Positions 34,195-47,800 of a stretch of 64,000 bases of DNA are shown one piece after another (within the stretch, counting starts at the first letter, position 1; the number at the start of each line of letters is the position of its first letter). The stretch is from the human T2T-CHM13v2.0 reference genome, Homo sapiens. The notes under the pieces are model-generated. The model saw nothing but the letters and a program-made list of their open reading frames with translations. It made no database searches and had not been told where the DNA came from. The position numbers were made by a program, and so were the translations under genes. The stretch lies in assembly GCF_009914755.1 (NCBI RefSeq), contig NC_060947.1; one strand, written 5' to 3'.

Positions 34195-36936
34195 TTATTC
34201 CTTCTGAAGGGTCTCCTCTACCTCCTTGCTATTAAGCTGGGCATTCTCTTCTCTTTTCAACATCTCTTCAAAGATCTCATTATGCATGTAAAAGAAGATG
34301 TACCCAGTGCAACGCCTATCCTCCTGCATCTGGGCCTCCTGGATACCTAACACCCGCATATCATCGTAAGTGAACCAGATCTGTTTCTCAAAGTCATAGG
34401 CATCACAGATATAATGGCCTGACTTTAGAGTCTTCCCAAGATGGCTGACAACACTAATGAGCCGGTAGGTATGATCTCCCTTATCATCATTTCTTTTTGT
34501 TTCCTTGGCTTTAGATTTTATCTTATCTAAAATGTCTTTGTTTCTTGGATTCTTATTGGAACCCAGTGCAAGTAGGGAATTCCTGTTAGACTTCTGTAGA
34601 TTTAATTTTGTAGGTCTTAGGAGGTTCTTTGTGTGCCCCTGGGTGCCTGGCTTTGGAAAGCTTTGAGGCAGTGCCTGCTGAGGGGCTTGTTCACAGATTC
34701 TCATACCGTCACACTGCTGAGTCTGTTCAGACACTTTTTGGAATCTTTCTGGAATTCTGATATTTTTATCTTCATACAAATCTTTAGTAGGATTGATAAT
34801 CCTATCAAAAGCTACAAACTTACTGGTTTTCACATATTTCTTTCGTTTTGGATTTTCGGGCACTGTTTGAAAGTCAACTTTTGAGAGAGGTGTGCCTGGG
34901 CTGCTGGCAGGTTTACCTCCAGCTTTGTGGAACTGACAAAGTGAGGTATCTTCCAGATACGTCATTAAGTGAGCTAACGGTTCTTTTTCAATGAATGCTC
35001 GATCTCCTGAGTATACAGATTCTAGCTCATTTGGTTTAGAATTTTTTCCAAGGTACTTTTGCTGCTGTCTTCTGCTTGCCCCTTTAAAGACTGTCTGGCC
35101 TTTTTTTTGTTCAGACTCCTTATCTGATCCAATGTGTGGAGCCAGGATATCTTTGGATTCCTTTGTTGCAGGCCATGATACACTGATGTTTCCAGAAGTC
35201 ATCTTTCGAATAACTTTTAATAATTGGAAATCTGTAATTTCTCCATCCTCACTCAAGGGAAGAGGTGGTCTGGTGCCTTCATTGCAATGAGAAGACACCT
35301 TTAAATATTTGGAAATGATGACTTCCTGGTCATTCTTCTTTAATGCACAAAACTCATTCAAGCTATAGCGTTTGAGGTGAACAATAAGGATTCTAGGTAG
35401 CCTACTGAATGAGTGCACTCCAACGGAAGTCTTGTGCTCACATTTTGCACATTTATACTCAAGCTCTTCTGCTCCAAAAAAAAGATCAAAAGTAGACTGA
35501 ATAGATGAAGGATGTGCTTTTATTCTTTGGGGAAGGTTGATGGAGAGGTAATTATTCAGTTCTGTCTTGAGAATAACCTGACCACAAGCTTTACAAGCAA
35601 TGGAGTGCAACAACTCTAACTCAAAATTAGTAATGACAGGGCAAGAAAACCCACTGGTGTCAGGATCATCAGCAAAAACCTGTTTAGGAAAATTATCTTC
35701 CCCAAATTCACTTTTAGGCTTCCAAATTGTGTTGAGTTTTTCCATGTTATCTTTCAGTTGATCTAAACAGTGAGCTAAAAACTCATGAGCATCGTTCTGT
35801 GCATTGCCATGGAATATCTCTGCAGCTGCTGAAATGGCCTTTTTAAGATTCAAGAGTAACATCTCCTTGATTTCTATATTATAGGTATCTTTAAAAAAAA
35901 GTAGCCGTGCCAAGCACATGGTAAGAGCATTAAGGGGAATTTTACCCCATGGGAAACTCTGATTAAGTAAATCATCAGCAAACGATGGGATTGAAAGTAG
36001 AGACTGTAACACTGCATTCATATAACAGGTGTTTCCCAAATTGGGGAGGCCGTGGCATATTTTCTCTGGAAATAATTCAAAAAATAGTTTTAATTTATCC
36101 CACTTTGTGTAACCGTCACTATACCCTTGTTGTAACAGAAATACCAAAACCATTTTCTCAGTGAGAGCTTGGAGAAGACCAATGTCATCTAGGTAAGGAT
36201 TTCCAGTGGCGTTCATGATGCATGAAGATTCACATTCCAATTTCTTATTCTCTTCTAACTCTTTTAACTTCAATTGTTTCTCTCGATTATAGCTTACACA
36301 CCTCGAACAATCTGCCTTGGATTTCTTGTATTCTACAGAATTATTTTCTTTCAAGAATTCCTCATTCATCTCTGAGCTAGATGAGAGCATTCTTTTCCTC
36401 TTCTTGTGCTGATTTTCTGATAACTCTCCGCAAGTAAGTGTCAATTTTGATGTAAGCAAAGGCATCCTCTGAAGGACACCTGTCCCACTTCCTTTTGCTA
36501 TCTCAAAAGATTTGCTACTTGATTTCTCATCAACTTTGTGGAATGAAGTTTTGTTGATTTCCTTCTGTGTTGTGCTAGAAAAGACACTCCCACCCTTACC
36601 AGGTCTCACAGGTGGCTGAACCTCGTTTTGATGAACTCTGTCCAAGAATATCTTCAATTGTTCAGCATCTGTGGAGGATAATCCTTCAATAAACAAGCCA
36701 TTATTATTTTGTAAAGTTAAATGCAGGTGATTTTGGTTTCCTCTATAGGATTTAAGGACTACATTTTGAATATTATCACTTAGCCGAAAAGTGCTATATT
36801 TTCCACTTTTGAAATACAGCACCAGTCTATCTTTCTTCTTTCTTTCCACTGCTTCAATGAATGCTTCTTTTGACTTAGATATCCCAGTCTTGCAGTTCCC
36901 TATTTGGACAAAACCACGTAGGAATAGGGCAGCCAT
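34195..36936 (-). CDS. USP26: Ubiquitin carboxyl-terminal hydrolase 26 (USP family, peptidase C19), 913 aa, intronless CDS
   Basis: Cys box GLPNLGNTCYMNAVLQSL (C304, 36025-36027), QNDAHEF, zinc-ribbon CKAC/CAKC, His box SHLGKTLKSGHY (H841, 34414-34416), WFTYDD; N-terminal PH-like region of the USP26/29/37 clade; length and N-terminus MAALFLRGFVQIG match human USP26. Confidence 0.98.
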   Translation of the reverse strand: MAALFLRGFVQIGNCKTGISKSKEAFIEAVERKKKDRLVLYFKSGKYSTFRLSDNIQNVVLKSYRGNQNHLHLTLQNNNGLFIEGLSSTDAEQLKIFLDRVHQNEVQPPVRPGKGGSVFSSTTQKEINKTSFHKVDEKSSSKSFEIAKGSGTGVLQRMPLLTSKLTLTCGELSENQHKKRKRMLSSSSEMNEEFLKENNSVEYKKSKADCSRCVSYNREKQLKLKELEENKKLECESSCIMNATGNPYLDDIGLLQALTEKMVLVFLLQQGYSDGYTKWDKLKLFFELFPEKICHGLPNLGNTCYMNAVLQSLLSIPSFADDLLNQSFPWGKIPLNALTMCLARLLFFKDTYNIEIKEMLLLNLKKAISAAAEIFHGNAQNDAHEFLAHCLDQLKDNMEKLNTIWKPKSEFGEDNFPKQVFADDPDTSGFSCPVITNFELELLHSIACKACGQVILKTELNNYLSINLPQRIKAHPSSIQSTFDLFFGAEELEYKCAKCEHKTSVGVHSFSRLPRILIVHLKRYSLNEFCALKKNDQEVIISKYLKVSSHCNEGTRPPLPLSEDGEITDFQLLKVIRKMTSGNISVSWPATKESKDILAPHIGSDKESEQKKGQTVFKGASRRQQQKYLGKNSKPNELESVYSGDRAFIEKEPLAHLMTYLEDTSLCQFHKAGGKPASSPGTPLSKVDFQTVPENPKRKKYVKTSKFVAFDRIINPTKDLYEDKNIRIPERFQKVSEQTQQCDGMRICEQAPQQALPQSFPKPGTQGHTKNLLRPTKLNLQKSNRNSLLALGSNKNPRNKDILDKIKSKAKETKRNDDKGDHTYRLISVVSHLGKTLKSGHYICDAYDFEKQIWFTYDDMRVLGIQEAQMQEDRRCTGYIFFYMHNEIFEEMLKREENAQLNSKEVEETLQKE

Positions 36937-37012
36937 GTTTTCTTTACAAATAAAATATACGTATCTCCGATTATTGATAATCTTGAAGTTCCAATCTGTT
37001 TTGCAAGTTCAG

Positions 37013-37046
37013 CTGTGAAGACAACACCAAAGAAATAGTTCATTAG
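37013..37046 (-). promoter_or_regulatory. 3' splice acceptor of the USP26 coding exon (exon starts at 37012, 76 nt before the ATG)
   Basis: Minus strand: CTAAT branch point, gaactatttctttggtgttgtcttcacAG|ctgaac. Confidence 0.75.
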
Positions 37047-40000
37047 TTCTCTACACAGAATGATCCTATTTCTAGTATTGGTTTTATACTAGAGTCTAGT
37101 TCAGGTTCTAGATATCCAGCTCTTCAGTAACGAGACCAATGCCTTTTGAGAGCCTTCCATGGCTGCATGAAGGCAGAGTCTTGATTCCCAAGACAAGCAC
37201 ACTATGGCAAAAATCAGGAAACATTCTTTAAACTATTACAGAAATGCTTTGCTTCAACAAAACTCAAACTCTACACTCATACACTACATGTAGTTTCCAC
37301 CAAAATACTGGACTCCATTCTGATTAATTTCCCAACTTCAATTGAAATCATGAAACACTTGGAAGACTTTCAGTACATAACTGAAAGTATACTCAATAGA
37401 GTCTCAAGTGCATGCATACAATATGCTAATCTTCCTGTCACAGAATGACCCCATGGGGCAACTACAATAAGTGAATGAGAAAGTGAAGGCACTATGTGGC
37501 CCTCAACTCAGTAACAGATGAATTGTTCCTTGATTTCTAGAGGATCTCATATATGGGCCACTCAAAGTAAACCAGTCTACCTCCCTCCAAATCTAGCTAT
37601 GTTCCTATATTTCACTTGGCACTGGGGAACATCATTACATTGTACTTGCTCATTCAACAAAAGTTTAAGAATAACAACTTCTTACCCATTAGATATATAG
37701 GCTAGTGAGGCTCCTGCAGGCAACTCTGGCTATAAGGCCCACTTAACCGGAGCTAGCTCCCTGTATTCAAAACCAGTGAGGAAGAATTAGATGTACTTAA
37801 TTATTGAAAATCAGAATCTCTGAACAACTCTGGAGCCAATGTGAATTACTGAATAAGTTAGCAGACAGCACTACAAATGTTTGCATCAGAAAGTATACAT
37901 CCAAGAATTAGTTGGAAGCTGTTTCCTCCTCAGTAGTTAAATATTCTTCCTGAATCTTCTCTATGCTATTAACTTGCTTAAGCAAACCCCATCTTTATGA
38001 ATAATACTGAAGGAAACTTCTGCTCAGTCCCTGTCCAAATTATCAAAATCTTAAAATTGGTGAAACATAAATTAATGAGATTTTTGTTTTATAAAGTATT
38101 TCATCTATCAACCTATGTTCAGCGAAATAGAGATGGCATCCATCCATATACGAAAGTGCATATGCATCCAAGTAAGAGAATGGTTATATTTTTCATGGTA
38201 GAAATGGGGCCATAAAAACATTCAAGCACAGCACAAATTTAAGTTCTCTGGATTATTTCTATTTCACTGTCCTACTATAGATGCTAAGTAAGGATTTAAA
38301 CAATTTTCTCTCCACAGAAAAGGCAGTCTTAATTGTTCCTTTTTATTTCAACAACTTGAGAGAACCTGCAACCATAGAACCACTTGCAGCTTATTTTAAA
38401 ATTTTGCACCCAGCTCATCTGTATTTATCAAAAATTATTATCTTCTTTCTATTGGTAGATGAAATAATCTAAGACCCTCTTGATATTTCTTCTCTCTGCC
38501 CTCAAAAATACAGTTAAGAGACATTCCTTTCTCACAGTCCATCCTGACTACATTTCATTCCAGATGAAAGGAGGCTTATTTGAGCCCACTGAGCATGGAA
38601 AGTAAAGGTTAAGAACCATCTTGCTGATGTACAAGTTGAGTGGTCTAACCACTGCCTACATCCCTAAGACATCTCAAGCTTAAATCCTGTTCTTCATTCT
38701 GCCTTGATTGCTTGCTTTAAGAGTATTTTAAACTAAAATGTATTGTTTCTCCAAGACTCCATTGAAGAGCACTATGTGACTATTCCATACAGCCTAAAAT
38801 AAACTTCAGCATTCCTCCTCCTTTCTCACCCCCACACCAGATTCAAAACGTATAGATGACAGCTGCATTCAAAAGTTATGAAAGCCAACAGGCTTTTCTC
38901 TCATTTTACCTACAAATTCAATCCATTCAATTTGATTGATCAACCACTAGTGCAACACTTCAGACTCAAAGGATAGCCAGACACTCACAAAACTGTACCA
39001 CTTCTGTCAGATTTGGAGGCATGATCTATGGTGCCAAGCAGCTGGTTGTCCAGTTAAAAAAAAACCCTAATAGAAATGTCTGCTCCATTATTAATTTACT
39101 AATTCACTCTACATTGATCTTCGTGTTCACTGAGACAGTTGCTGAGCATCTACTCTATGCTGTCTGCATATTATGATTTGCTGAGTATCTGCTCAATGTT
39201 GGGTATTGCAGCCGGTGCTCTCAGGGACACAATGGATGTGAGGATTCACTGTACCTAAATGATTTAGACTCTAAACATCACTGTGTAATCGTCACAATAA
39301 AAGAGGGGACTCCTGTAATTTAATGAAGGTTTGTGTTGCTTTTGGAGTATTTACCCTCTGTATCCTCCATTTATATCTCACACCACTCAGGCTTTCATTA
39401 TTTCAAGAGGTAGAAGAACTTGAAGACAAATCCGTATATACCTTTCAAATCTGAATTTGCATTTCTCAATCCCAAAGTGTACATTACCAAAGAGTAATAA
39501 AAATAAGAAAACGAGACAAAAATTATTTTCTTTCAAGTATTTTGGTGAAATGGATGATGCTTTAAGAAGAGAACCATTTGTTTTGAAAAGTTTAGAGGGA
39601 GCTATGGCCTGGAGGCAGATTAATAACCTCTAGAAGGGTCGTTAGGCTCAATGACTATGAGAAACTAACATTTCTAGGTCAGTTCTCCTCTGCTGACATG
39701 AGTACAGACTGTCATCAATTATATAAAATCGAGTATGTGTTTATCTTACTGAATAGGTTAAGGTCAAGATATATGGCAGTGTGGTACAGGTGGTGTGTGT
39801 TTTAATTATCATTTTTTCACAACTTCATGAAAACATGTGAAGAGAACAAAGATATACTGAGAAATCCCGCTAAGTTACCTAAGCAAATCTCACGGAATAA
39901 AAATGAAGTACCCATGAGGTGGTGTGCCAACCCATGAATGCAGTAAGTGGAAAGACGGAGCCAGGTAATGACTATATGAGTTTCTAACCATTTCTGGGTA

Positions 40001-40377
40001 TCTCCAATAATCCCAAGCAAGAGTTTTGAAAAGCAAAACAACTTCAACTCACATTTATTTTAAACTACACTTAGCTTAGTGATCTTGGATAAGCCAATTC
40101 CTCTATTAGGGCCCATTAAACAAATCGGGAAATGATCATAGAACTCTCTTTGAGGACTCCATTCTGTGAGACTATACTTCTAAGTACAAAATACTTACAT
40201 TGGATTTCTTAAGACAGGCCAAATAAAAGATACTTTCTCCAACAGTTAGATGGTATGCACTAAATCTGGACTTGCATACCAGGGGCACAATACAAAAAAA
40301 CATGGGAGGATGGGTAGGGAAGGGATATTCTAGGTTTGGCAATTGGGAATAGAAGATATTCAAAAGCCAGCAAGCAT

Positions 40378-41185
<808 letters not shown>

Positions 41186-43420
41186 AAGAAGTTGTGGAAG
41201 TTTTGTAAAAGAGCGGGAGACTGAATGGACTAGTAACCTTGCTGAGTAGCACCAAGGGCTGACTTAGGCTAATAGTCATATATTTACAGCAAGACCAATC
41301 TGCATATTTTTTCTCCAGCCACGTTTAGCTGTCTAGTTGCCATGGTTCAGGTGTGTAATAGGCAGAGCCTTGAATTTAACTTGCTTGAAATTTTGCCATT
41401 CATAAGTAACCGAGTAAGAGGAAAATGGGAGCTGAAGGTGTAGAGAAAAAAATGATTATAAGTACGGACCCAGAAAGGGTGGAATGGAACAATGAACAGA
41501 AACACATGAAAAGGCCTAAATATCACAAAATACTACGGAGTAGGGGAGAAGCATCAGGGGAGTAGGTGTCCAGCTCTCATTTCAGCAGCTACAATTCCAT
41601 CCCCTGATTCTAAGCAGCTGTCAACTGCTTGCAGACTTTCTTCTCCTATTCTCCTCCCACCTTCCTTTCTGTTCTTCTATTCATTCTCATCCCGGCTCCA
41701 AAGCTGGAAGTAACTAATGGAAATGGAAGTGGAGAGTTGAATGTTAGGGGCACGTAGACTGCGTTAGAGACAGACATGATCAGATGCAGGGAGTCGGGGA
41801 CAGCAGGCAGAAGGGGAAAGGAAATCCTCCCCTCCCTTTTTTTTACCCTCCCAAGTTTGGGTTAAAGGTCAACACATCAAGAGACACACTGCCTCTAGAG
41901 CATTAGCAATTAAATCCTGTTATTATGTTTGGTCCCAGCTTCAGTGTGCATGGCTTTTCAAAATGATTGGATCAGGGCAGACTTTCTTTTTCTTTCTCTA
42001 GTTTAAAGGTGCATTTCTGTACTCAACAAACGTCCGAGTCATTGTGTTGCAGAGAAATGCCATTATTTTGTCTCTTGACATACACTGCACATAAATCTCT
42101 CCATAGGAGGCCCTGACCAAAATGGGAAGAATTCTCTAGACTAGCAAATTGTTCCCATGAACTATTCAAGTTTGAACCCTTTCTGAGGGACAGATTTGGC
42201 AGAGCATTTTTTTCATTCTTTTAAAATTATGCTAGTGCTATTAATACAACATAGTTGATTAGGAAAACAGAATGCAAAGATTATTTTCCAAAATTTAAAT
42301 ATGAATTCATTAAGAAAGAGTGCTGTTTCATAAGAAAGCATGTATTTGTTACACTGAAATAATGATAAATGAGGTTTTCTTGAAATTAATCCTTCTTCTC
42401 CTGTTGGAATCTTCCTAGTATTTTGCAGCCCTTTCTGCTAACTATTGCAATTCATTTGTTTATTCACTTACTAACCAAAATATGTTGATACCTAGTCAAC
42501 TATGGACATTAACTATGGTCCATATCCAAACATGAAGCAGTAAAATATTCCTGACCTCGGGTTTTAAGATAAATACAAACAATGGCCATGCAACGGAAAA
42601 TGTCTTAATTAAAAAAGTAAAATTCAGTTAGTGTTACCTAAAAGTCCATGTATTTTCTGCTATCTTAGCTTTTTGTAGCATTTCCTCTCTGCCTGGAATT
42701 CCCTAATAATTCCCTTACTTTTGTCTTAGTTCTATCCTTCTTAATTTCTAAAGACCCAGTTCAAGTCACACTTTATTTCGATGATTCCCACGTTTGAGTT
42801 TTCCTGCCTCAGAATTCACCAATCATTCACTTTTTCTAAGACTGTTACTTTGCCTGTGATACCCTGCAATGCTGCTTATATTACCCGACCACAAAGTTAA
42901 TAGCTATCAGAGGATAAATTTATTTTCAGTGCGTGTGTGCAGCCAAATTTTCCTTTGCCGAGAGAAACCATAAAGTTGGAGAAGTAGGACCCCTTTAAGG
43001 GCTAGGACCAAAGAATCTTAACTTTCCTGAGGAAAACAGCATCTAAAGTTTTAAAATAAGGGCTGACGGGTCAGGAAAAGATGAAATTAATGGGCTAGAA
43101 CTGTTATGGGAACATCAAGCTGACTATGACATGAAGGCAAGGTTAAATAAGACAGGAGACTAAACAGATGTACACCTCAATCTATCAAATTTTAAATGCA
43201 TACACACTTTAATGAAGCAATTATTCTATTAAGTTTGTGTCCTACATAGTTGAAAACTATAAATCTTTCTAACAATCAGTATCTTTGATCATTTTTAAAG
43301 GACCTATAAAATGAGACTTTTCTTCTTGTCTCATGATACTGGCAAAGATGCAAAACTGAGTAACAAGAACTATAATACACTGCACAAGAATTACCATACA
43401 TGTGAAGAATATAGTTATCA

Positions 43421-43591
<171 letters not shown>

Positions 43592-44592
43592 TTAAAGTAA
43601 GGAAATTCATTAATAGAGAACACTGTGGCATTTCCCCGATTCCCATGTCCAAGTCAAGTAGGGGAAGGGGTAGTAAAATTGGAAAATCATTTACAAAAGA
43701 TTTCAGACTGCATCTTACACCCTGGCTGGATACTCACTGAGAAGCCAAAATCTGTAAGCTACACTGATAGTAGAGTATGAGAGTCATGGGAAAATCTGAC
43801 ATCTTTACTCTGGAGTTAGAGGGGCAAAAACACTGGTGCCTGACTGAAACTGGTTAAGTCATGATACTGAAAGAATCCCACATGACATGGCAAAAGGAGG
43901 CAAAAGTGAAAGCAAGTTCTACTCCCTCTATTTGGAGAAGAAATGGTACAAGATTCTATGTACTAAGTGGGAGATAACTGGATTACAAGAAAATCATCCA
44001 AAGGAATTATTTGCTGGAAAAATGTGATCCTGCAAGAAAGAGGCTCTTTTGGACACACTGCAGGAGAGCAGAAAATAAGGGGGAAATCACAAAAGATTAG
44101 CTGGAGACCTCACCTTATCAAAGAATGGTACTAAGTGTTGGTCCCAAGGGGAAGAGTTTCCAAAGAATTTGGTAATGCCTCCCATGACAGAACCAGCTTT
44201 TAGAGCCTATTATGACAGAAAACATTGGGGAGCTAAAACCACAAACACATGTGGTGCTAAATAAAAATGTTTTGTCCATATTTTTTTCATCTGTGGAGAC
44301 TAATTTAGCCAACATCCCACCTGCCTCCTTTATTATTATTATTTTTTTCCTGTCTCATCTGGATGGAGAATCAACTTGCATTTCTTAGGCTTTTTCTCTC
44401 ATTTCCTTTCTTTCCCTTGTCTTTTCCAAATGAGACATCCAAATCTTACAGACCTTTTAAGCAAATATCCACAATAATGGATCAGCAGGTAAAGAGTAGA
44501 AACAAGAGATAAAGCAATTCTGTCCCAAAGTAGAGGAGAATCACAGCAGAACAGAAATCATCAAATGATTCCAGCTTTAAAGTACCAGTTGA

Positions 44593-44853
44593 GGCTGAGT
44601 GCGGTGGCTCATGCCTGTAATCCCAGCACTTTGGGAGGCCAAGGCAGGTGGACCACTTGAGCCCAAGAGTTTGAGACCAGGCTGGGCAACATGGTAAGAC
44701 CCCGTCTCTACAAAAAATACAAAAATGTGGGCCGAGACAGGAGGATTGCTTGAACCCAGGAGGTGGAGGCTACAGTGAGCTGTGATCATGCCATTGCACT
44801 CCAGCCTGGGTGACAGAGCAAGACCCTCTAAAAAAAATTATATATATATATAT
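44593..44853 (+). mobile_element. Alu with internal deletion and (TA)n tail
   Basis: TSD gtaccagttga (44582-44592, 44854-44864). Confidence 0.9.
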
Positions 44854-44873
44854 GTACCAGTTGAAGAAGCTCA

Positions 44874-47800
44874 TTTTTTTAAGGTTTTTTTTCTTTAAGT
44901 TCTGGGATACATGTGCTGAATGTGCAGGTTTGTTACATAGGTATACATGTGCCATGGTCGTTTGCTACACCTATGAACCCATCATCTAGGTTTTAAGCTC
45001 CATATGCATTAGGTATTTCTCCTAATGCTCTTCCTCCCCTTTCCCCCCACCCACCAGCAGGCCCTGGTGTATGATGTTCCTCTCCCTGTGTCCATGTGTT
45101 CAGCTCATTGTTCAGCTCCCACTTATGAGTGAGAACATGCGGTGTTTGGTTTTCTGTTCCTGTGTTAGTTTGCTGAGGATGATGGTTTCCAGCTTCATCC
45201 ATGTCCCTGCAAAGGACATGAACTCATTCTTTTTTATGGCTGCACGGTATTCCATGGTGTATATGTGCCACATTTTCTTTATTCATTCAGTCATCGAAGG
45301 GCATTTGGGCTGGTTCCAAGTCTTTGCTATTGTAAATAGTGCTGCAATAAACACACATGTGCATGTGTCTTTATAGTAGAATGATTTATAATTCTTTGGG
45401 TCTATACCCAGTAATGGGATTGCCAGGTCAAATGGTATTTCTGGTTCTAGATCCTTGAGGAATTGCCACACTGTCTTCCACAATGGTTGAACTAGTTCAC
45501 ACTCCCAATAACAGTGTAAAAGCGTTCCTATTTCTCTGCATCCTTGACAGCATCTGTTGTTTCCAGACTTTTTAATGATCACATTCTAACTGGCGTAAGA
45601 TTGTATCTCACTGTGGTTTTGATTTGCATTTCTCTAATGACCAGTGATGACAAGCTTTTATTCATACGTTTGTTGGCCACATAAATGTCTTCTTTTGAGG
45701 AGTATCTGTTTATATCCTTCACGCACTTTTTGATGGGGTTGTTTTTTTCTTGTAAATTTGTTTAAGTTCTTTGTAGATTCTGGATATTAGACTTTTGTCA
45801 GATGGATAGATTGCAAAAAATTTCTCCCATTTGGTAGGTTGCCTGTTCACTCTGAGGATAAATTCTTTTGCTGAGCAGAAGCACTTTAGTTTAATTAGAT
45901 CCCATTTGTCAATTTTGGCTTTTGTTGCAATTGCTTTTGGTGTTTTAGTCATGAAGTCTTCGCCCATACCTATGTCCTGAATGGTATTGCCTAGGTTTTC
46001 TTCTAGGGTTTTTATAGTTTTAGGTTTTACATTTAAGTCTTTAATCCATCTTGAGTTAATTTTTGTTTAAGAGGTAAGAAGAGGCTCCAGTTTCTGTTTT
46101 CTGCATATGGCTAGCCAGTTTTCCTAACACCATTTGTTAAATAGGGAATCCTTTCCCCATTGTTTGTTTTTGTCAGGTTTGGTGAAGATCAGATGGTTGT
46201 AGATGTGTGCTGTTATTTCTGAAGACTCTGTTTTGTTCCACTGGTCTATATATCTGTTTTGGTACCAGTACCATGCTGTTTTGGTTACTGTAGCCTTGTA
46301 GTATAGTTTGAACTCAGGTAGCATGATGCCTCCAGCATTGTTCTTTTTGCTCAGGATTGTCTTAGCTATATGGGCTCTTTTTTGGTTCCATATGAAGTTT
46401 AAGGAAGTTTTTTCTAGTTATGTGAAAAACTAAATGGTAGCTTGATGGGAATAGCATTGAATCTATAAATTACTTTGGGCAGTATGGTCATGTTCATACT
46501 GATTCTTCCTATCCATGAACATGGAATTTTTTTTCCATTTGTTTGTGTCCTCTCTGATTTCCTTGAACAGTGGTTTGTAGTTCTCCTTGAAGAGGTCCTT
46601 CATGTCCTTGTAAGTTGTATTCCTAGGTATTTTCTTTGTAGCAATTGTGAATGGGAGTTTACTCATGATTTGGCTCTCTGCTTGTCTATTATTGGTGTAT
46701 AGGAATGCTTGTGATTTTAGCACATTCATTTTGTATCCTAAGAATTTGCTGAAGTTGTTTATTAGCTTAAGGAGATTTGGGGCTGAGAAAATGGGGTTTT
46801 CTAAATATACAATCATGTCTGCAAACAGAGACAATTTGAATTCTTCTCTTCCTATTTGAATGCCCTTTATTTCTTTCTCTTGCCTGATTGCTCTGGCCAG
46901 AACTTCCAATACTATGTTGAATAGGAGTGGTGAGAGAGGGCATCCTTGTCTTCTGCTGGTTTTCAAAGGGAATGTTTCCAGCTTTTGCCCATTCAGTATG
47001 ATATTGGCTATGGGTTTGTCAATAAATAGCTCTTATTATTTTGAGATATGTTGCATCAATACCTAGTTTATTGAGAGATTTTAGCATGAAGGGGTGTTGA
47101 ATTTTATTGAAGGCCTTTTCCGCATCCATTGAGATAATCATGTGGTTTTTGTCATTGGTTCTGTTTATGTGATGGATTAAGTTTATTGATTTGCATATGT
47201 TTAACCAGTCTTGCATCCCAGGGACGAAGCCGGCTTGATTGTGGTAGATAAGCTTTTTGATGAGCTGCTGGATTCAGTTTGCCAGTATTTTGTTGAGGAT
47301 TTTTACATTGATGTTCATCAGTGATACTGTCCTGAAATTTTCTTTTTTGTTGTCTCTGCCAGGTTTTGGAATCAGGATGATGCTGGCCTCATAAAATGAG
47401 TTAGGGAGTAGTCCCTCTTTTTCTATTGTTTGGAATAGTTTCAGAAGGAATGATACCAGCTCCTCTTTGTACCTCTGGTAGAATTTGGCTGTGAATCCAT
47501 GTGGTCCTGGGCTGTTTTTGGTTGGTAGGCTTTTAATTACTGCCTCAATTTCAGAACTTGTTTTTGGTCTATTCAGGGATTTGACTTCTTCCTGGTTTAG
47601 TCTTGGGAGGGTGTATGTGTCCAGGAATGTATCCGTTTCTTCTAGATTTTCTAGTTTATCTGTGTAGAGGTGTTTATAGTATTCTCTGATGGTAGTTTGT
47701 ATTTCTGTGGGGTCAGTGGTGACAGCCCCTTTATCATTTTTATTGCATCTACTTGATTATTCTCTCTTTTCTTCTTTATTAGTCTGACTATTGGTCTACC

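Noticed and set aside
34069-35290. + strand ORFs of 83-99 aa overlapping USP26
   Set aside because: Antisense shadows of the real CDS with no independent support.
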